A stretch of 64,000 bases of DNA, from assembly GCA_965207885.1 (NCBI GenBank), contig OZ242311.1:1760001-1824000 (forward strand), in the 5' to 3' direction. Numbering within the stretch: position 1 is the stretch's first letter; each line of letters opens with the position of its first letter. The notes under the pieces are model-generated. The model ran no database searches. It was not told the DNA's origin and was given only the letters and a program-made list of their open reading frames with translations. The translations under genes were made by a program, and so were the position numbers. Source of the stretch: Candidatus Latescibacterota bacterium (lineage in GTDB: Bacteria; Latescibacterota; UBA2968). Shown piece by piece: positions 8,225 through 18,788 of the stretch.

Positions 8225-9451
8225 TCAAATGGCGCCGTCGCTTCGGAGTTTCTCAATCTCTGGCATTGAATATCCGAGATATTCACTCAGAACCTGCTCG
8301 TTGTGTTCCCCCAGTGAAGGCCCGCGCCGGGGTTCAACCGATCCGCCGCCGACCTCTATGGGACTCGCCACCACCCGGACGGCTCCGAACTCCGGATGCG
8401 GCAACGCCAGTATCATATTATCCTCGGCCACCTGCGGGTCGGCAAAAGCTTGCTCAACCGTATTCACGGGCGCGCAAGGCACCTTGCCCTTGAGCAGCGC
8501 CAGCCAATCGTCGGTTGTCTTCTTGCGGAAGAGATCCTTCAGAATCGGAACCAGAATATCCCGATTCTCCAGGCGATCCGCAAAAGAGCAGAACCGGGAA
8601 TCTTCCGCCAGTTCCGGCACCCCCAGAACGCGTACCAGATTTTGAAAAAACTTCTCCTTTGCACACATGATCACGAGCCATCCGTCCCTGGTCGGCACCA
8701 CCTGCGACGGGATCTGTGACGGATGAGAAGAATCGGGCGTCCGATGCGCCTGATACCCTTTGGTCAGGAACCACGCCGCCACATATCCCAGATTTGCCAG
8801 CGCCGTATCGAACAGATTCACATCTACGTCGCACCCCAGGCCCGTCTGTCTGGCGCGAAAAATCGCGCTGACCATGCCGAGGGACGCCAGGGTGCCCGCG
8901 CCGAGATCCACGAGAGAAAGCCCTGTCTTCGTCGGTGGACCGTCTGGCTCGCCCGTAAGACTCATCCATCCGGCATATCCCTGCATCAGATAATCGTATC
9001 CCGGTTCGCCCGCCCGAGACCCATGTCGTCCGAACGCGGAAAGCGAGCAGCACACAATTGAAGCCTTGATTGCACTCAGCGCCGGATAGTCCAGACCCAG
9101 CCGGGCAGGAAGGTCTCCGCGCAGATTGTTGAACACCCCATCCGAAATCCCCACCAGCCGATGCAACACCTCCCGCCCTCCTGGATGCTGCAAATTCAGC
9201 GTCATACTCTTCTTGTTTCGGTTGAAACTCTGGAAATACACGCTATCCTGATCAGCGGTATAGGGCGGCACGTAACGCGCGACATCGCCACCTGTCTCGG
9301 GATTCTCGACCTTGATGATTTCCGCCCCAAGGTCCGCCAGCATCATCGTTGCCCACGGACCCGCTCCGAACTGCTCCACCGAGACAATCCTTATTCCATG
9401 CAGGGGAGGATGTTGGTTTTGATCGTGCAAGTTAACCCTCTTCTTTTTCAA
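8225..9451 (-). CDS. CoA-transferase family III (CaiB/BaiF)
   Basis: PLHGIRIV...AGP.ATMMLADLGAEIIKVE, NRNKKS, GYDYLMQ..G.MSLTGEPDGPP. Confidence 0.92.
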   Translation of the reverse strand: MKKKRVNLHDQNQHPPLHGIRIVSVEQFGAGPWATMMLADLGAEIIKVENPETGGDVARYVPPYTADQDSVYFQSFNRNKKSMTLNLQHPGGREVLHRLVGISDGVFNNLRGDLPARLGLDYPALSAIKASIVCCSLSAFGRHGSRAGEPGYDYLMQGYAGWMSLTGEPDGPPTKTGLSLVDLGAGTLASLGMVSAIFRARQTGLGCDVDVNLFDTALANLGYVAAWFLTKGYQAHRTPDSSHPSQIPSQVVPTRDGWLVIMCAKEKFFQNLVRVLGVPELAEDSRFCSFADRLENRDILVPILKDLFRKKTTDDWLALLKGKVPCAPVNTVEQAFADPQVAEDNMILALPHPEFGAVRVVASPIEVGGGSVEPRRGPSLGEHNEQVLSEYLGYSMPEIEKLRSDGAI

Positions 9452-10323
9452 TCGGCCTGCTGGTCATTGGGCTCTCCCTCAAGACGATCCAGGATCCATC
9501 GCGCCCGTTCCAGAATCGGCCTATCTACCATCCGGCCATCTACAGTCGCCGGGCCTTCGTCTGCCCGCCGTTCAAAAGCCTCAACAATTCGCTGTGCCCA
9601 CCTCTCCTCGACCTCCGTGGGACTGAAAATTTCATTCACTGCACCAACCTGACCCGGATGGATCACAGCTTTTCCGGCAAACCCCAGATCCCTGGCCTGC
9701 CGCGCCTCCGCGGCCAGCCCGTCAAGATCACCGATGTCCGTAAACACCTTGTCTATAGCCCGGATTTGTCCGCTTGCTGAAGCCACCGCCAGCGCCAACC
9801 GAGCGTAATTGACCAATCCCTGTCCCGGATGCGAAAAAAGGCCCATATCCAGCGCGAAATCCTCCGCGCCAAACATAAGCCCCACCAGCCTGGGTGTAAC
9901 GGATGCGATCGCAGGCGCCTGAACCAGACCCCGGGCACTCTCAATGATTGCCAGAAGCCCGACGCCTCCGGATGGAATACCCGCTCTGGTCTCGTGTCGG
10001 TCCAGCCACTGGCACACCTGAAGCACATCCTCTGGACCCTGCACTTTGGGCAACACGAGCCCTTGCAGCCCCGCACGCGCGATCGCCTGCAGATCGGCGT
10101 CCAATTCGGAGGAACCAGCATCGTGAACCCTAACGAATCGCATTGGGGCGCCACGCGCGCCATCCAGCGCGGCAGCGACACGACTGCGCGCAACATCCTT
10201 CTCAGCCTCCGGGACGCCGTCCTCCAGATCGAATATCAGCACATCCGCCGGCAGGCCCAGGGCCTTGTCGATCATACGCTGCCGGTGCCCCGGCACAAAA
10301 AGCCAGGACCGCATCGACTTCAC
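9448..10323 (-). CDS. CitE-like acyl-CoA lyase (HpcH/HpaI aldolase fold)
   Basis: RSWLFVPG, DLEDGV, FVRV, LPKV, IESARG, FGAED, GKAVIHPGQV, DGRMVD. Confidence 0.92.
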   Translation of the reverse strand: MKSMRSWLFVPGHRQRMIDKALGLPADVLIFDLEDGVPEAEKDVARSRVAAALDGARGAPMRFVRVHDAGSSELDADLQAIARAGLQGLVLPKVQGPEDVLQVCQWLDRHETRAGIPSGGVGLLAIIESARGLVQAPAIASVTPRLVGLMFGAEDFALDMGLFSHPGQGLVNYARLALAVASASGQIRAIDKVFTDIGDLDGLAAEARQARDLGFAGKAVIHPGQVGAVNEIFSPTEVEERWAQRIVEAFERRADEGPATVDGRMVDRPILERARWILDRLEGEPNDQQAD

Positions 10324-10850
10324 CCGTCTTTCTCCTCGTGAATTTCGGGAAAAGTATCCTCCAACGGCGCGTGCGCCCTCTTATAGACCATCACGCTACG
10401 AGTCAGATCTATGACGACGCGGCCGTGCTGATTCACGCCCCGCGTACGCACCTTCACAATCCCCGCTTCCGGAAACGACTTTGACTCCCGCCTGGCGAGC
10501 ACCTCCGTCTCGCAATAGAGCGTATCTCCCACAAATACAGGGTTCGGAAGCCGGATCTCGCTCCAACCCAGGTTCGCCATCGCCTGCTCGCTCACGTCCG
10601 GGACACTCATCCCCACGACCAGCGCGAGCGTAAACGTGCTGTTCACCAGAATCTTTCCCCACCGCGTCCGACGGGCGTACTCCTCGTCAAAGTGAAGCGG
10701 ATTGGTATTCAGGGTCAGGTGCGTGAACAACTGATTGTCAGCCGTCGTCACCGTCCGCCCGAACCGGCTTCGATAGACTTCGCCCACCTCGAAATCCTCA
10801 TAGCATCTCCCGGTCCAGCCCGGTATCACTTTTTTCTCTATTTTCTCCAT
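10320..10850 (-). CDS. MaoC-family (R)-specific hydratase/dehydratase, RipB-like
   Basis: GR.YEDFEVG, GRTVT.ADN, N.NPLHFD..YA, ANLGW, PVFVGDTLY.ETEVL..RESKS.P..GIV. Confidence 0.9.
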   Translation of the reverse strand: MEKIEKKVIPGWTGRCYEDFEVGEVYRSRFGRTVTTADNQLFTHLTLNTNPLHFDEEYARRTRWGKILVNSTFTLALVVGMSVPDVSEQAMANLGWSEIRLPNPVFVGDTLYCETEVLARRESKSFPEAGIVKVRTRGVNQHGRVVIDLTRSVMVYKRAHAPLEDTFPEIHEEKDG

Positions 10851-10938
10851 ACCAGACCCCTTTGCGTCGTCAAATGACGCCCCAATATAATATTCGCCAC
10901 AATCCGATGTCCACCGCTTTATCGCCCCTCTCTACACA

Positions 10939-11358
10939 TCACTCGTTCGTCCCTCGGCGCATCTCAAATATACGCACGACAATGTACATACCGAGTGAAA
11001 CAATAAAAAAGACGAGCAACATCCACGCAATAGATTGCAGAGATTCGATAATCGTGCGATAGATCTCGAGCACCCAGCGTTCGGTAGTCAGTTCAAAGGG
11101 AGGCATATCGCGGGATTTACCTGCGGGATCGAAATGCTCCTGCGGCAAAATATAACGCTCCAGCGAACGGACACGCACACCGCCAGAAATACCCACCACA
11201 AAAATCGCAAACTTCATATAGCGCACCCACGCGCTTGCTATCGCATCGTCAATAAGCCGGTGAAGAATACTGGTAATCGCGCTACTAAACGCACGCACGG
11301 CAATAAAAGACACGAGAGCGGCGACTACGAGCGTGATGAGAAGAAGTGTAAAGAACAT
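10939..11358 (-). CDS. Hypothetical membrane protein (about three TM segments)
   Basis: GGAGG RBS before MFFTLLL; three hydrophobic stretches. Confidence 0.7.
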   Translation of the reverse strand: MFFTLLLITLVVAALVSFIAVRAFSSAITSILHRLIDDAIASAWVRYMKFAIFVVGISGGVRVRSLERYILPQEHFDPAGKSRDMPPFELTTERWVLEIYRTIIESLQSIAWMLLVFFIVSLGMYIVVRIFEMRRGTNE

Positions 11359-11460
11359 AGGAGGACCTCCATAGTAGTGATCAATTTCAATATTATACGT
11401 GTTAGCAAAGCGTGAGTTCCCCTGGATTACTGGCATTGTGCTGCGACTCCTGTTACACAC

Positions 11461-13887
11461 TTATTCATGCCGCAGTATTTTTACCGGATTGGTATGCGCC
11501 ACTCTGAACGCCTGCGTACCAACGGTCAAAAGTGCAATTAAAAGTGCAAGCAAACCCGAAAATACAAAAGGCCACAAACTGAAAGATGCGCGATACGCAA
11601 AATTTTGCAAATAGGTATTTGTCAAATAATAGGCAACGGGCCAGGCAATGAGATTGGCGACAAGCACCAGCTTCAAAAACGCTTTGGACAACAACAAAAC
11701 AACACTTGAAACAGACGCACCGAGCACCTTGCGAATACCAATCTCGCGCCTGCGGCGTTCCGCCGTAAAAGCCGCCAGCCCGAACAAACCCAAACACGCC
11801 AGCAAACACACCAACCCGGCAAAAGCGGTAACAGCCTGCCCCAAAACCCTTTCCACCCGATAAATTACATCGAGTTCCTCATCGAGAAATGTAAACTCAA
11901 AAGGCTTATCTGCTGGCATAAATGTATCCCAGGTCTCCTCGAGAAAAGGTCGAACCTCTGGAAAATCGCGCACCCGCAACGCCAGATAATCGTAAAACCA
12001 CTGCCGATAGGCAAAAACCGCCGGACCAATCGGTTCGCGAAGAGAAGCGTAGTGAAAATCTGCAATCACACCAATCACAGTCCCCTTAGCATCATCTTCT
12101 GAACGCGCCCGTCCAAAACGCCGTCCCACGGCATCCTCCACTGTCCAGCCAAGCGCGCGCACAGCGGTCTCATTGAGAATATACGCATGCGTGCGGTCGC
12201 GCTCAACCCCGGGCGAAAACGTGCGACCAGCCAAAATGGACACACCGAAAGTAGCAAAAAAATCTTCATCCGCTTCTTGCACGGGCATTCGCCACTCGGT
12301 ATGATCCTGACCTTCGGGCTTGACAATCCGCACAAAACCACCGCCATCACGCCCTGGCAAAAAGCGAAAAGCAGACACCGAAACAATATTGGGATGTTCC
12401 AAAAACGCCTGCTTTACAGTATTGTACTGTGCCACGAGCCAGGGATCATCATTGGTCTTGAGCCGGCGATCCAGCTTAAAGATCGGCAGCAAAACGAGAT
12501 GCTCTTTGTCAAAGCCGAGATCCTTGTACTGAATAAAGTCCAATTGCCGATAAATAACATCCGCAACAATCACAAGCAAAATGGCAATGGCAAATTGCGC
12601 CACAACCAGAACCTGCCGAAGCCGCGCACCCGGCAAATACGCGACACCCTTGAGCACATCAGCCGGACGAAACCCCGAAAAATAAAGCGCGGGATACACT
12701 CCCGCCATCAAACCCACGAACGCGGCAAGCGCTAAAAGCCCCGGCAAGAGCACGAACAGCATCGGCGCATCCAACGCGTAATGTGCGTCCATCTGCGCGC
12801 TGAGTTCCAACAATGCGACGCGCGCAAGGGGCACGGCTACAACCACAGCGAAAAACGCGAGCAAAACTGTCTCGCACAAAAATTGCTGAATCAACTGACC
12901 GCGTCGCGCACCAACCACCTTCCGCATCCCCACCTCGCGCGCGCGGAACATCGAACGCGCCGTAGCGAGATTGACAAAATTGATCGCCGCAATCGCCAGA
13001 ACCAGCACCGCAATAGCCGCAAAAAGATAGAGCGCCTGCACATCGCCGCCCGAAGGCAAATTGTAATCCTGAACCCCATACAGATGCAACCGCGCAAGAG
13101 GCTGCAAGCGAAATGAAAGAATGCGGCGCACATCTGCACCCATATGCCGTTCAATAACACCCGACATTTTTGCTTCAAATTCACCCGCATCTACCCCATC
13201 GCGCAAACGCACAAAAGTCTCAATACCCGCCTGTTGCACCAACCCCCGCCACTGCGTCCAATCAAAAATAGCCTCCACTGTCCGCCCATTGGTAAAATGC
13301 AACAAATCAAACCGAAGGGACGAAAACCTCGGAGGCGTCTGCAAAACAGCGGCAACCGTATAATCGCCGCCGTAATACCGCTCGCGAATCGTAATAACTT
13401 TGCCTATGGGATCGGCCTCGCCAAACAACCGCTCTGCCGCTGACTCCGTAATCGCAACCCGATACGGCTGCGACAACGCGCTGGCATCGCCCATAGCAAA
13501 AGGAAAGCGAAACAACTCAAAAAACTGATCATCAACCTGCCCCTGCGCCAGCGTAAGCTCCCGGTCCTCATACCGCACCACAACCGGATAAATGCGATTT
13601 TTGGACGCCAACTCAACTTCGGGCATCTCCGCCTCAAGTGTCCGGGCGAGTGCCCCCGAAGTCAGCCACCGCACCTGCGTCTGCTCATTGCTCACCCGCT
13701 CCCGCAAAACCCGATAAATGCGATGCACATCCGGATGAAAGCGGTCATAGCTCATCTCGCAATAAATAATCACAATCGCCATCACACAACACGACAGCCC
13801 CACAATAAGACTGAGCAAATTGATCAGCGTATCGCGCTTGTGCGACCACAGGTTGCGGCATGCGATGGTGAAATAGTTGGAAAACAT
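11461..13887 (-). CDS. MacB/FtsX-type ABC permease (two-repeat, about 800 aa)
   Basis: NY..IA.RNL, INFVNLATARS..RAREVGMRKVVGA, REIGIRKVLGAS, NPV..LRHE. Confidence 0.92.
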   Translation of the reverse strand: MFSNYFTIACRNLWSHKRDTLINLLSLIVGLSCCVMAIVIIYCEMSYDRFHPDVHRIYRVLRERVSNEQTQVRWLTSGALARTLEAEMPEVELASKNRIYPVVVRYEDRELTLAQGQVDDQFFELFRFPFAMGDASALSQPYRVAITESAAERLFGEADPIGKVITIRERYYGGDYTVAAVLQTPPRFSSLRFDLLHFTNGRTVEAIFDWTQWRGLVQQAGIETFVRLRDGVDAGEFEAKMSGVIERHMGADVRRILSFRLQPLARLHLYGVQDYNLPSGGDVQALYLFAAIAVLVLAIAAINFVNLATARSMFRAREVGMRKVVGARRGQLIQQFLCETVLLAFFAVVVAVPLARVALLELSAQMDAHYALDAPMLFVLLPGLLALAAFVGLMAGVYPALYFSGFRPADVLKGVAYLPGARLRQVLVVAQFAIAILLVIVADVIYRQLDFIQYKDLGFDKEHLVLLPIFKLDRRLKTNDDPWLVAQYNTVKQAFLEHPNIVSVSAFRFLPGRDGGGFVRIVKPEGQDHTEWRMPVQEADEDFFATFGVSILAGRTFSPGVERDRTHAYILNETAVRALGWTVEDAVGRRFGRARSEDDAKGTVIGVIADFHYASLREPIGPAVFAYRQWFYDYLALRVRDFPEVRPFLEETWDTFMPADKPFEFTFLDEELDVIYRVERVLGQAVTAFAGLVCLLACLGLFGLAAFTAERRRREIGIRKVLGASVSSVVLLLSKAFLKLVLVANLIAWPVAYYLTNTYLQNFAYRASFSLWPFVFSGLLALLIALLTVGTQAFRVAHTNPVKILRHE

Positions 13888-13893
13888 GAGAAT

Positions 13894-15828
13894 TTAAACA
13901 AACACATAATCCTCAGAATCAGGTGCCCGCGTCTGCTTCCAGAACTCGTGCATTGAAAACGGCCAATTTTGCGTCACCCGCCCCGCCTCGTTCTTATACC
14001 AACTCCGAACATTTGGCGCGCCCCAGGCCATCTCCAGATTACCCGCATCAATGCGCTCATTATACCGATCGTGAACATCCCGTTTGCAATCCATCGCAGC
14101 GCATCCCGTCTCAACCAGCAACTTAATACACCCCAGGATATACCTCATCTCGCACTCGGAAAAAAAGATAATACTCCCATTCACAACAATATTCGTATTT
14201 GGCCCATACATACAAAAAAAATTGGGAAATCCCGGAATAGAAACACCTTTATACGCGCGAGGATCGCCATCCCAATGCGCCTGTAAATCCCTGCGCCCAA
14301 CCCCCTCAAACGTCATCGGCCACAACATCCGACTCGGCTGAAATCCCGTGCCGTAAATCAGCACATCAAAATCATAGTCCTCACCCGACCGCGTCTCCAA
14401 ACCAGAATCCGTAATCCTCTCAATCGGATCCGTAATAAGATGCACATTCTCCCGCTTCAGAGTGTGCAACCACAGACCATTATCCCACAACATGCGCTTG
14501 CCAGCCGGCGGAAAATCTGGAATACACTTCTGCATCAACTCGGGATCATCGCCCAGCACCGACTCGATATATTCTATAATCCGCTGGCGCACCTTGTCAT
14601 TCGCCTTGCTCACCGCGCGTTCCTGATGCGGCCACGCCGGATCCTTTTTCGCCGCACCGAGCATCCCCTCTGCCGAACGCCAGAACATAAACAACCGAAA
14701 CCACTTGGCGTAAAACGGCACATGATTCAAAAGATAGTGTTGCCCCGCTGGCACATCCGCGTGATAATGCGGATTGGGCTGAATCCAGGGCGGCGTGCGC
14801 TGAAAAACAAAAACCTCGCGCGCCTGTTTTGCGATCTCCGGCACAAACTGAAATGCGCTCGCACCCGTACCAATCACCCCAACGCGCTTATCCGCCAAAT
14901 CGCATTCTCGCGGCCATCGCGCAGAATGAAAAGCAATCCCCCGATAGCACTCGCGCCCCGCAATATCCGGCAACTTCGGGCGATTGAGCTGCCCCACAGC
15001 ACTGATAATAGCATTCGCCTCAATCGTCTGACGCACCCCCTCTTTGTCCCGCACCTCAACTTTCCAGACCTTGCCCTTTTCATCAAAACGACCGCACACC
15101 ACCTCTGTCTGAAATCGAACATGCTCGCGCAGGCGAAAATCCGCTGCAAACTGCCTGAAATAATCGAGAAGCACCTGCTGCGTGGAAAAATACTGCGGCC
15201 AATTCTTGGGCACAAAAGAATAGGAATACGAGTGATTCGGACTGTCAACGCGGCATCCGGGATACGTATTCTCCAGCCATGTCCCACCCACATCGGCATT
15301 CTTCTCCACCACCGTAAACGAAATCCCCGCCTCTTGTAGCCGATGCGCCGCCAGCAACCCGGACATCCCCGCCCCAATAATCAACACGCGAAAATCTCTC
15401 TTCTTATCCCTGGGCAACGCATCCATACCCGGAGGCACAAAAGGATCCTCGCCATTCAAAGACAACTCCCCCTCCAAAAACGCCCCGTAATCTTCGGGAA
15501 TCTCCTCTCCAATCATAAAATTCATCATCTCCCAAACCCGCGCCCGGCTCGGTGCAGGAGGCAGAGTACAACCGCGATCCCGATAGGCCTTCAACACCTC
15601 AAAAGCAATCTCCCGAACAACCACCTGCTGATCCTCTTTCACACCCGCCTGTGGATCCGCCAGATTCCTCGCCCGTGGACGAATCTCCCCCCGCACAATG
15701 CCCATATCCCCGGTCAAATGCACCAGCGAAACCATCAGCGCCGGAATATTCGCATCCTCCAACGCCGCCCTGATCGCCTCGTCATCTTCAACAATCGGTT
15801 TCCATGTATCAAACGCCTTACCAGCCAT
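13894..15828 (-). CDS. Baeyer-Villiger/flavin monooxygenase with N-terminal extension (4-hydroxyacetophenone monooxygenase-like)
   Basis: GAGMSG, GGTWLENTYPGCRVD, YRGIAFHSARWP, GTGASA, YGTGF. Confidence 0.88.
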   Translation of the reverse strand: MAGKAFDTWKPIVEDDEAIRAALEDANIPALMVSLVHLTGDMGIVRGEIRPRARNLADPQAGVKEDQQVVVREIAFEVLKAYRDRGCTLPPAPSRARVWEMMNFMIGEEIPEDYGAFLEGELSLNGEDPFVPPGMDALPRDKKRDFRVLIIGAGMSGLLAAHRLQEAGISFTVVEKNADVGGTWLENTYPGCRVDSPNHSYSYSFVPKNWPQYFSTQQVLLDYFRQFAADFRLREHVRFQTEVVCGRFDEKGKVWKVEVRDKEGVRQTIEANAIISAVGQLNRPKLPDIAGRECYRGIAFHSARWPRECDLADKRVGVIGTGASAFQFVPEIAKQAREVFVFQRTPPWIQPNPHYHADVPAGQHYLLNHVPFYAKWFRLFMFWRSAEGMLGAAKKDPAWPHQERAVSKANDKVRQRIIEYIESVLGDDPELMQKCIPDFPPAGKRMLWDNGLWLHTLKRENVHLITDPIERITDSGLETRSGEDYDFDVLIYGTGFQPSRMLWPMTFEGVGRRDLQAHWDGDPRAYKGVSIPGFPNFFCMYGPNTNIVVNGSIIFFSECEMRYILGCIKLLVETGCAAMDCKRDVHDRYNERIDAGNLEMAWGAPNVRSWYKNEAGRVTQNWPFSMHEFWKQTRAPDSEDYVFV

Positions 15829-15842
15829 CTTCCTCTCTCCAC

Positions 15843-17033
15843 TCACGACACAGGTTGTGCAGCCACGTCCTCGGGCATCTCTTCCCGCTCCCTCTGAAGC
15901 TGCCCTTCGGGATCTACCCATTGACTCACAATCAGCGAAATCAGAGCCAGAACAGCACCGCTAAAGAAAATCACCTGATAGCCAAAATAGTGCCATGCGA
16001 AACCGCCCAAAAGCGGTGCCGCAACAGAAGCCACATGATTCATCGTCACGCCCATCGCAAGCGACGGCTTGAGATCCGACTCCGGCGCAATCTTGTGCAA
16101 ATACGTCGTCAGCGCAATCCCGCCAAAAAAGATAATATTATCGACACAATACAAAACGTACAGCGTTGGTCGATGCGTCACCACCGCGTAGCCCACAAAC
16201 ACAAAAGTCAACCCGATATAACTGAGCGACAGCATCTTCCGCTCGCCGTACTGATCCACCAACTTGCCCATCGTCGGCGCAGTCAGCGTAATCAACGTCT
16301 GATTCATCAGCACCAGAATCATCGTCGTATGCACGGGCATCCCGTGTATCTTCACCAGAGCAAAAATCGCAAACGTAATAAACATCTGCTTCCGCATACC
16401 CTGCAAAAAATTCAGCGCATAATACAGACCATACCGCCGCTTAAACACAAAACTCCGCTCGTCGGGTGGCCGCTTGCGAGACGCAAACAAAATGGCAAAA
16501 CCACCGCCCACAGTAGCGGCACCCGCCATAATAAACAAACCATTGTACCCGACAAAATCATAAGCCAACTTACAAATCAAAATAGACAACAACCACGCCA
16601 CACTATTCACACTGCGCAACTGCCCCAACCACTTCCCCTTCTTACCCTCTGGCGAAAAAAGCAGCGCCATCGACTGCTCCATCGGTATCCAGCAGTGAAA
16701 ACCCACACCCCACACAAACGAATACACCGCCAGCAAAAAAACCGAATCAACCTGGGCATAAGCCATAATGCCCGCACCCATAACCATCAGCGAAATCGCA
16801 GCCACAACAGGAGGCGCGAACCGCACCATCAGCGCGACAAAAAACGCATTCATAAACCCCGACACCTCGCGCAGGGCTTCCACATACCCCAATTCGTGTG
16901 CCTCGATATTCAGGCGGTCAACAACAAAATTGTTGTAAAGCGTCAACTGCACGCCAAAAAAAATCCCCTGCGAAGCAACCGCAAGCGCCAGCAACCGAAA
17001 GTCCCGATTCCACTCAGAAATTGGATTATTCAA
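15843..17033 (-). CDS. MFS transporter
   Basis: About 12 hydrophobic segments and GKLVDQYGER motif A; TTG start after GGAGG. Confidence 0.85.
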   Translation of the reverse strand: MNNPISEWNRDFRLLALAVASQGIFFGVQLTLYNNFVVDRLNIEAHELGYVEALREVSGFMNAFFVALMVRFAPPVVAAISLMVMGAGIMAYAQVDSVFLLAVYSFVWGVGFHCWIPMEQSMALLFSPEGKKGKWLGQLRSVNSVAWLLSILICKLAYDFVGYNGLFIMAGAATVGGGFAILFASRKRPPDERSFVFKRRYGLYYALNFLQGMRKQMFITFAIFALVKIHGMPVHTTMILVLMNQTLITLTAPTMGKLVDQYGERKMLSLSYIGLTFVFVGYAVVTHRPTLYVLYCVDNIIFFGGIALTTYLHKIAPESDLKPSLAMGVTMNHVASVAAPLLGGFAWHYFGYQVIFFSGAVLALISLIVSQWVDPEGQLQREREEMPEDVAAQPVS

Positions 17034-17043
17034 AAAACCTCCT

Positions 17044-17991
17044 TCAATTCCCCAACGGCTCCCATACATCGCCAAAAATAGACCGCAACCGCGCCATATC
17101 TTCATCTGGCAGAGGCGAACCGAGAATCGCCTTCACATTCTCCTCCAGATGATCGATATTTGCCGTACCCGACAGCACCACACCCATTGAGGGATGTGCA
17201 TTCACATACTTATAGCCCGCCGCGGGCAACGATGTAACATCGCCCTTGACCAACCATCCCAGCGGATCCTCATCGTCCAGTGCATCTCGCGCAATCAACC
17301 CCTTATCCTTTGCATACGCAATGCGCTCTTTGAGCACATCGGGCCGAGCCAGTGCCCGCCGAACCGCAACCATGCAAATCACGCCCACATCCCGCTCCTG
17401 ACACATAGGCAAAACCTCGTGCTCGGGCGTTGGACTCAACAAATTGTAACCCACCATCGCCGTATCGAACAAATCATCCGACAGCGCCATAGAAAACATC
17501 TCGTGTTTGTGGTCCTCGGCATACGTCTCACTCACCCCGATAAACCCGAACTTCCCCTGATCTTTCAATCTCTCCACCGTGGGCCACAGCCCCTCAATAG
17601 CCTCAGAATACTGATGCGGACGAACACCGTGCCACTGCATCACATCGACATAATCCACCTGCAAACGCTTCAAACTGCGCTCAATAGTATCGACAACATT
17701 CGCTGGACTCGCAAGCTCATCACTGCGGTGATCATGGGCGTGAAATTTCGTCGCCAGAATATAATCATCGCGCGGCACGCCCTTAAGCGCATTTCCGATA
17801 ATCGTCTCACTCTCGCCATACGCAGCAGCCGTATCGAAAAAATTTATACCGAGATCCAGCGCGCGCTGCACCAATCGATTCACGCCCGCCTGATCGACAC
17901 CCGTATTTTGTCCCATTTGCGTAGGCCCACCGCCGCCAATACCCATAATCGAAACCTTCAGACCTGTGCGCCCCAATATGCGATATTCCAT
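17044..17991 (-). CDS. Aldo/keto reductase
   Basis: MEYRILGRTGLKVS, GINFFDTAAAYG.SE, LATK, SLKRLQVDYVD. Confidence 0.92.
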   Translation of the reverse strand: MEYRILGRTGLKVSIMGIGGGGPTQMGQNTGVDQAGVNRLVQRALDLGINFFDTAAAYGESETIIGNALKGVPRDDYILATKFHAHDHRSDELASPANVVDTIERSLKRLQVDYVDVMQWHGVRPHQYSEAIEGLWPTVERLKDQGKFGFIGVSETYAEDHKHEMFSMALSDDLFDTAMVGYNLLSPTPEHEVLPMCQERDVGVICMVAVRRALARPDVLKERIAYAKDKGLIARDALDDEDPLGWLVKGDVTSLPAAGYKYVNAHPSMGVVLSGTANIDHLEENVKAILGSPLPDEDMARLRSIFGDVWEPLGN

Positions 17992-18062
17992 AAAACCTCC
18001 TTTGAATGTATCCAATATAGGATATAGCAACACCCCTCGCCATTATTTTAACCAATGTCACC

Positions 18063-18091
18063 TTGACAAATCCCACATGCAAAAGTATATT
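18063..18091 (+). promoter_or_regulatory. Sigma70-type promoter for ssb
   Basis: TTGACA-N17-TATATT about 70 nt upstream of the ssb start. Confidence 0.6.
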
Positions 18092-18159
18092 CGTACCAAG
18101 TTCTTACAGGGTCGTGCCATGATCCCTGAAACGCACACTCAATCCTAAGGAGGCCACGT

Positions 18160-18642
18160 ATGGCACGAGGAGTCAACAAAGTCATTTTGATCGGCAATTC
18201 TGGCGCCGATCCCGAGCTTCGATACACGCCAGGAGGCACAGCCGTATCGAACTTCAGCATCGCCACCAACGAAAGCTGGACAGACAGCAGTGGTGAAAGA
18301 CAAGAACGCACCGAATGGCACCGCATTGTGGTATGGGGCCGTTTGGCCGAAATCTGCAACCAGTATCTGCGCAAAGGCAGCAAAGTCTATATCGAAGGCA
18401 AGTTGCAAACGCGCAGTTGGGAAGGGCAAGACGGGTTAAAGCGCTACACCACCGAAGTGGTTGCCCGCGATATGCAAATGCTCGATGCCCGCGGCGAAAT
18501 GGACGGTATGGACGGTAGCTATGGCGGTGGCGCGCCTCAGGGCGGAGGGCAGTCAAGACCACAGTCAAACGATTCGGCATCGGACGACACGACCGCTTCA
18601 GATCCACCTCCTTATGCTGCAGACGACGACCTGCCATTTTAG
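18160..18642 (+). CDS. ssb: Single-stranded DNA-binding protein
   Basis: [37 protein letters not shown], acidic DDDLPF tail. Confidence 0.98.
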   Translation: MARGVNKVILIGNSGADPELRYTPGGTAVSNFSIATNESWTDSSGERQERTEWHRIVVWGRLAEICNQYLRKGSKVYIEGKLQTRSWEGQDGLKRYTTEVVARDMQMLDARGEMDGMDGSYGGGAPQGGGQSRPQSNDSASDDTTASDPPPYAADDDLPF

Positions 18643-18656
18643 GCGCGATACAAACG

Positions 18657-18690
18657 ATAAAGCCCGCACAAAACTGTGCGGGCTTTATTA
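18657..18690 (+). terminator. Intrinsic terminator hairpin
   Basis: ATAAAGCCCGCACA-aaac-TGTGCGGGCTTTAT. Confidence 0.8.
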
Positions 18691-18727
18691 TTTCCTAAAC
18701 ACGAAAACGAATGTAAGGACAAACCTT

Positions 18728-18760
18728 CTGGATCGCGGCTCAAAATCATGCCGCGATGAC
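18728..18760. repeat. 33-bp palindromic repeat CTGGATCGCGGC...GCCGCGATGAC (copy 1)
   Basis: 31/33 identical to 24023-24055; ATCGCGGC/GCCGCGAT stem. Confidence 0.8.
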
Positions 18761-18788
18761 AGCTTTTATACAATATTTAATTTTCTGA

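Noticed and set aside
14440-18027. Long + strand ORFs (14440-15339, 15804-17081, 17194-18027)
   Set aside because: Antisense shadows of the monooxygenase, MFS and aldo/keto reductase genes with His/Arg/Gln-rich non-protein-like composition.
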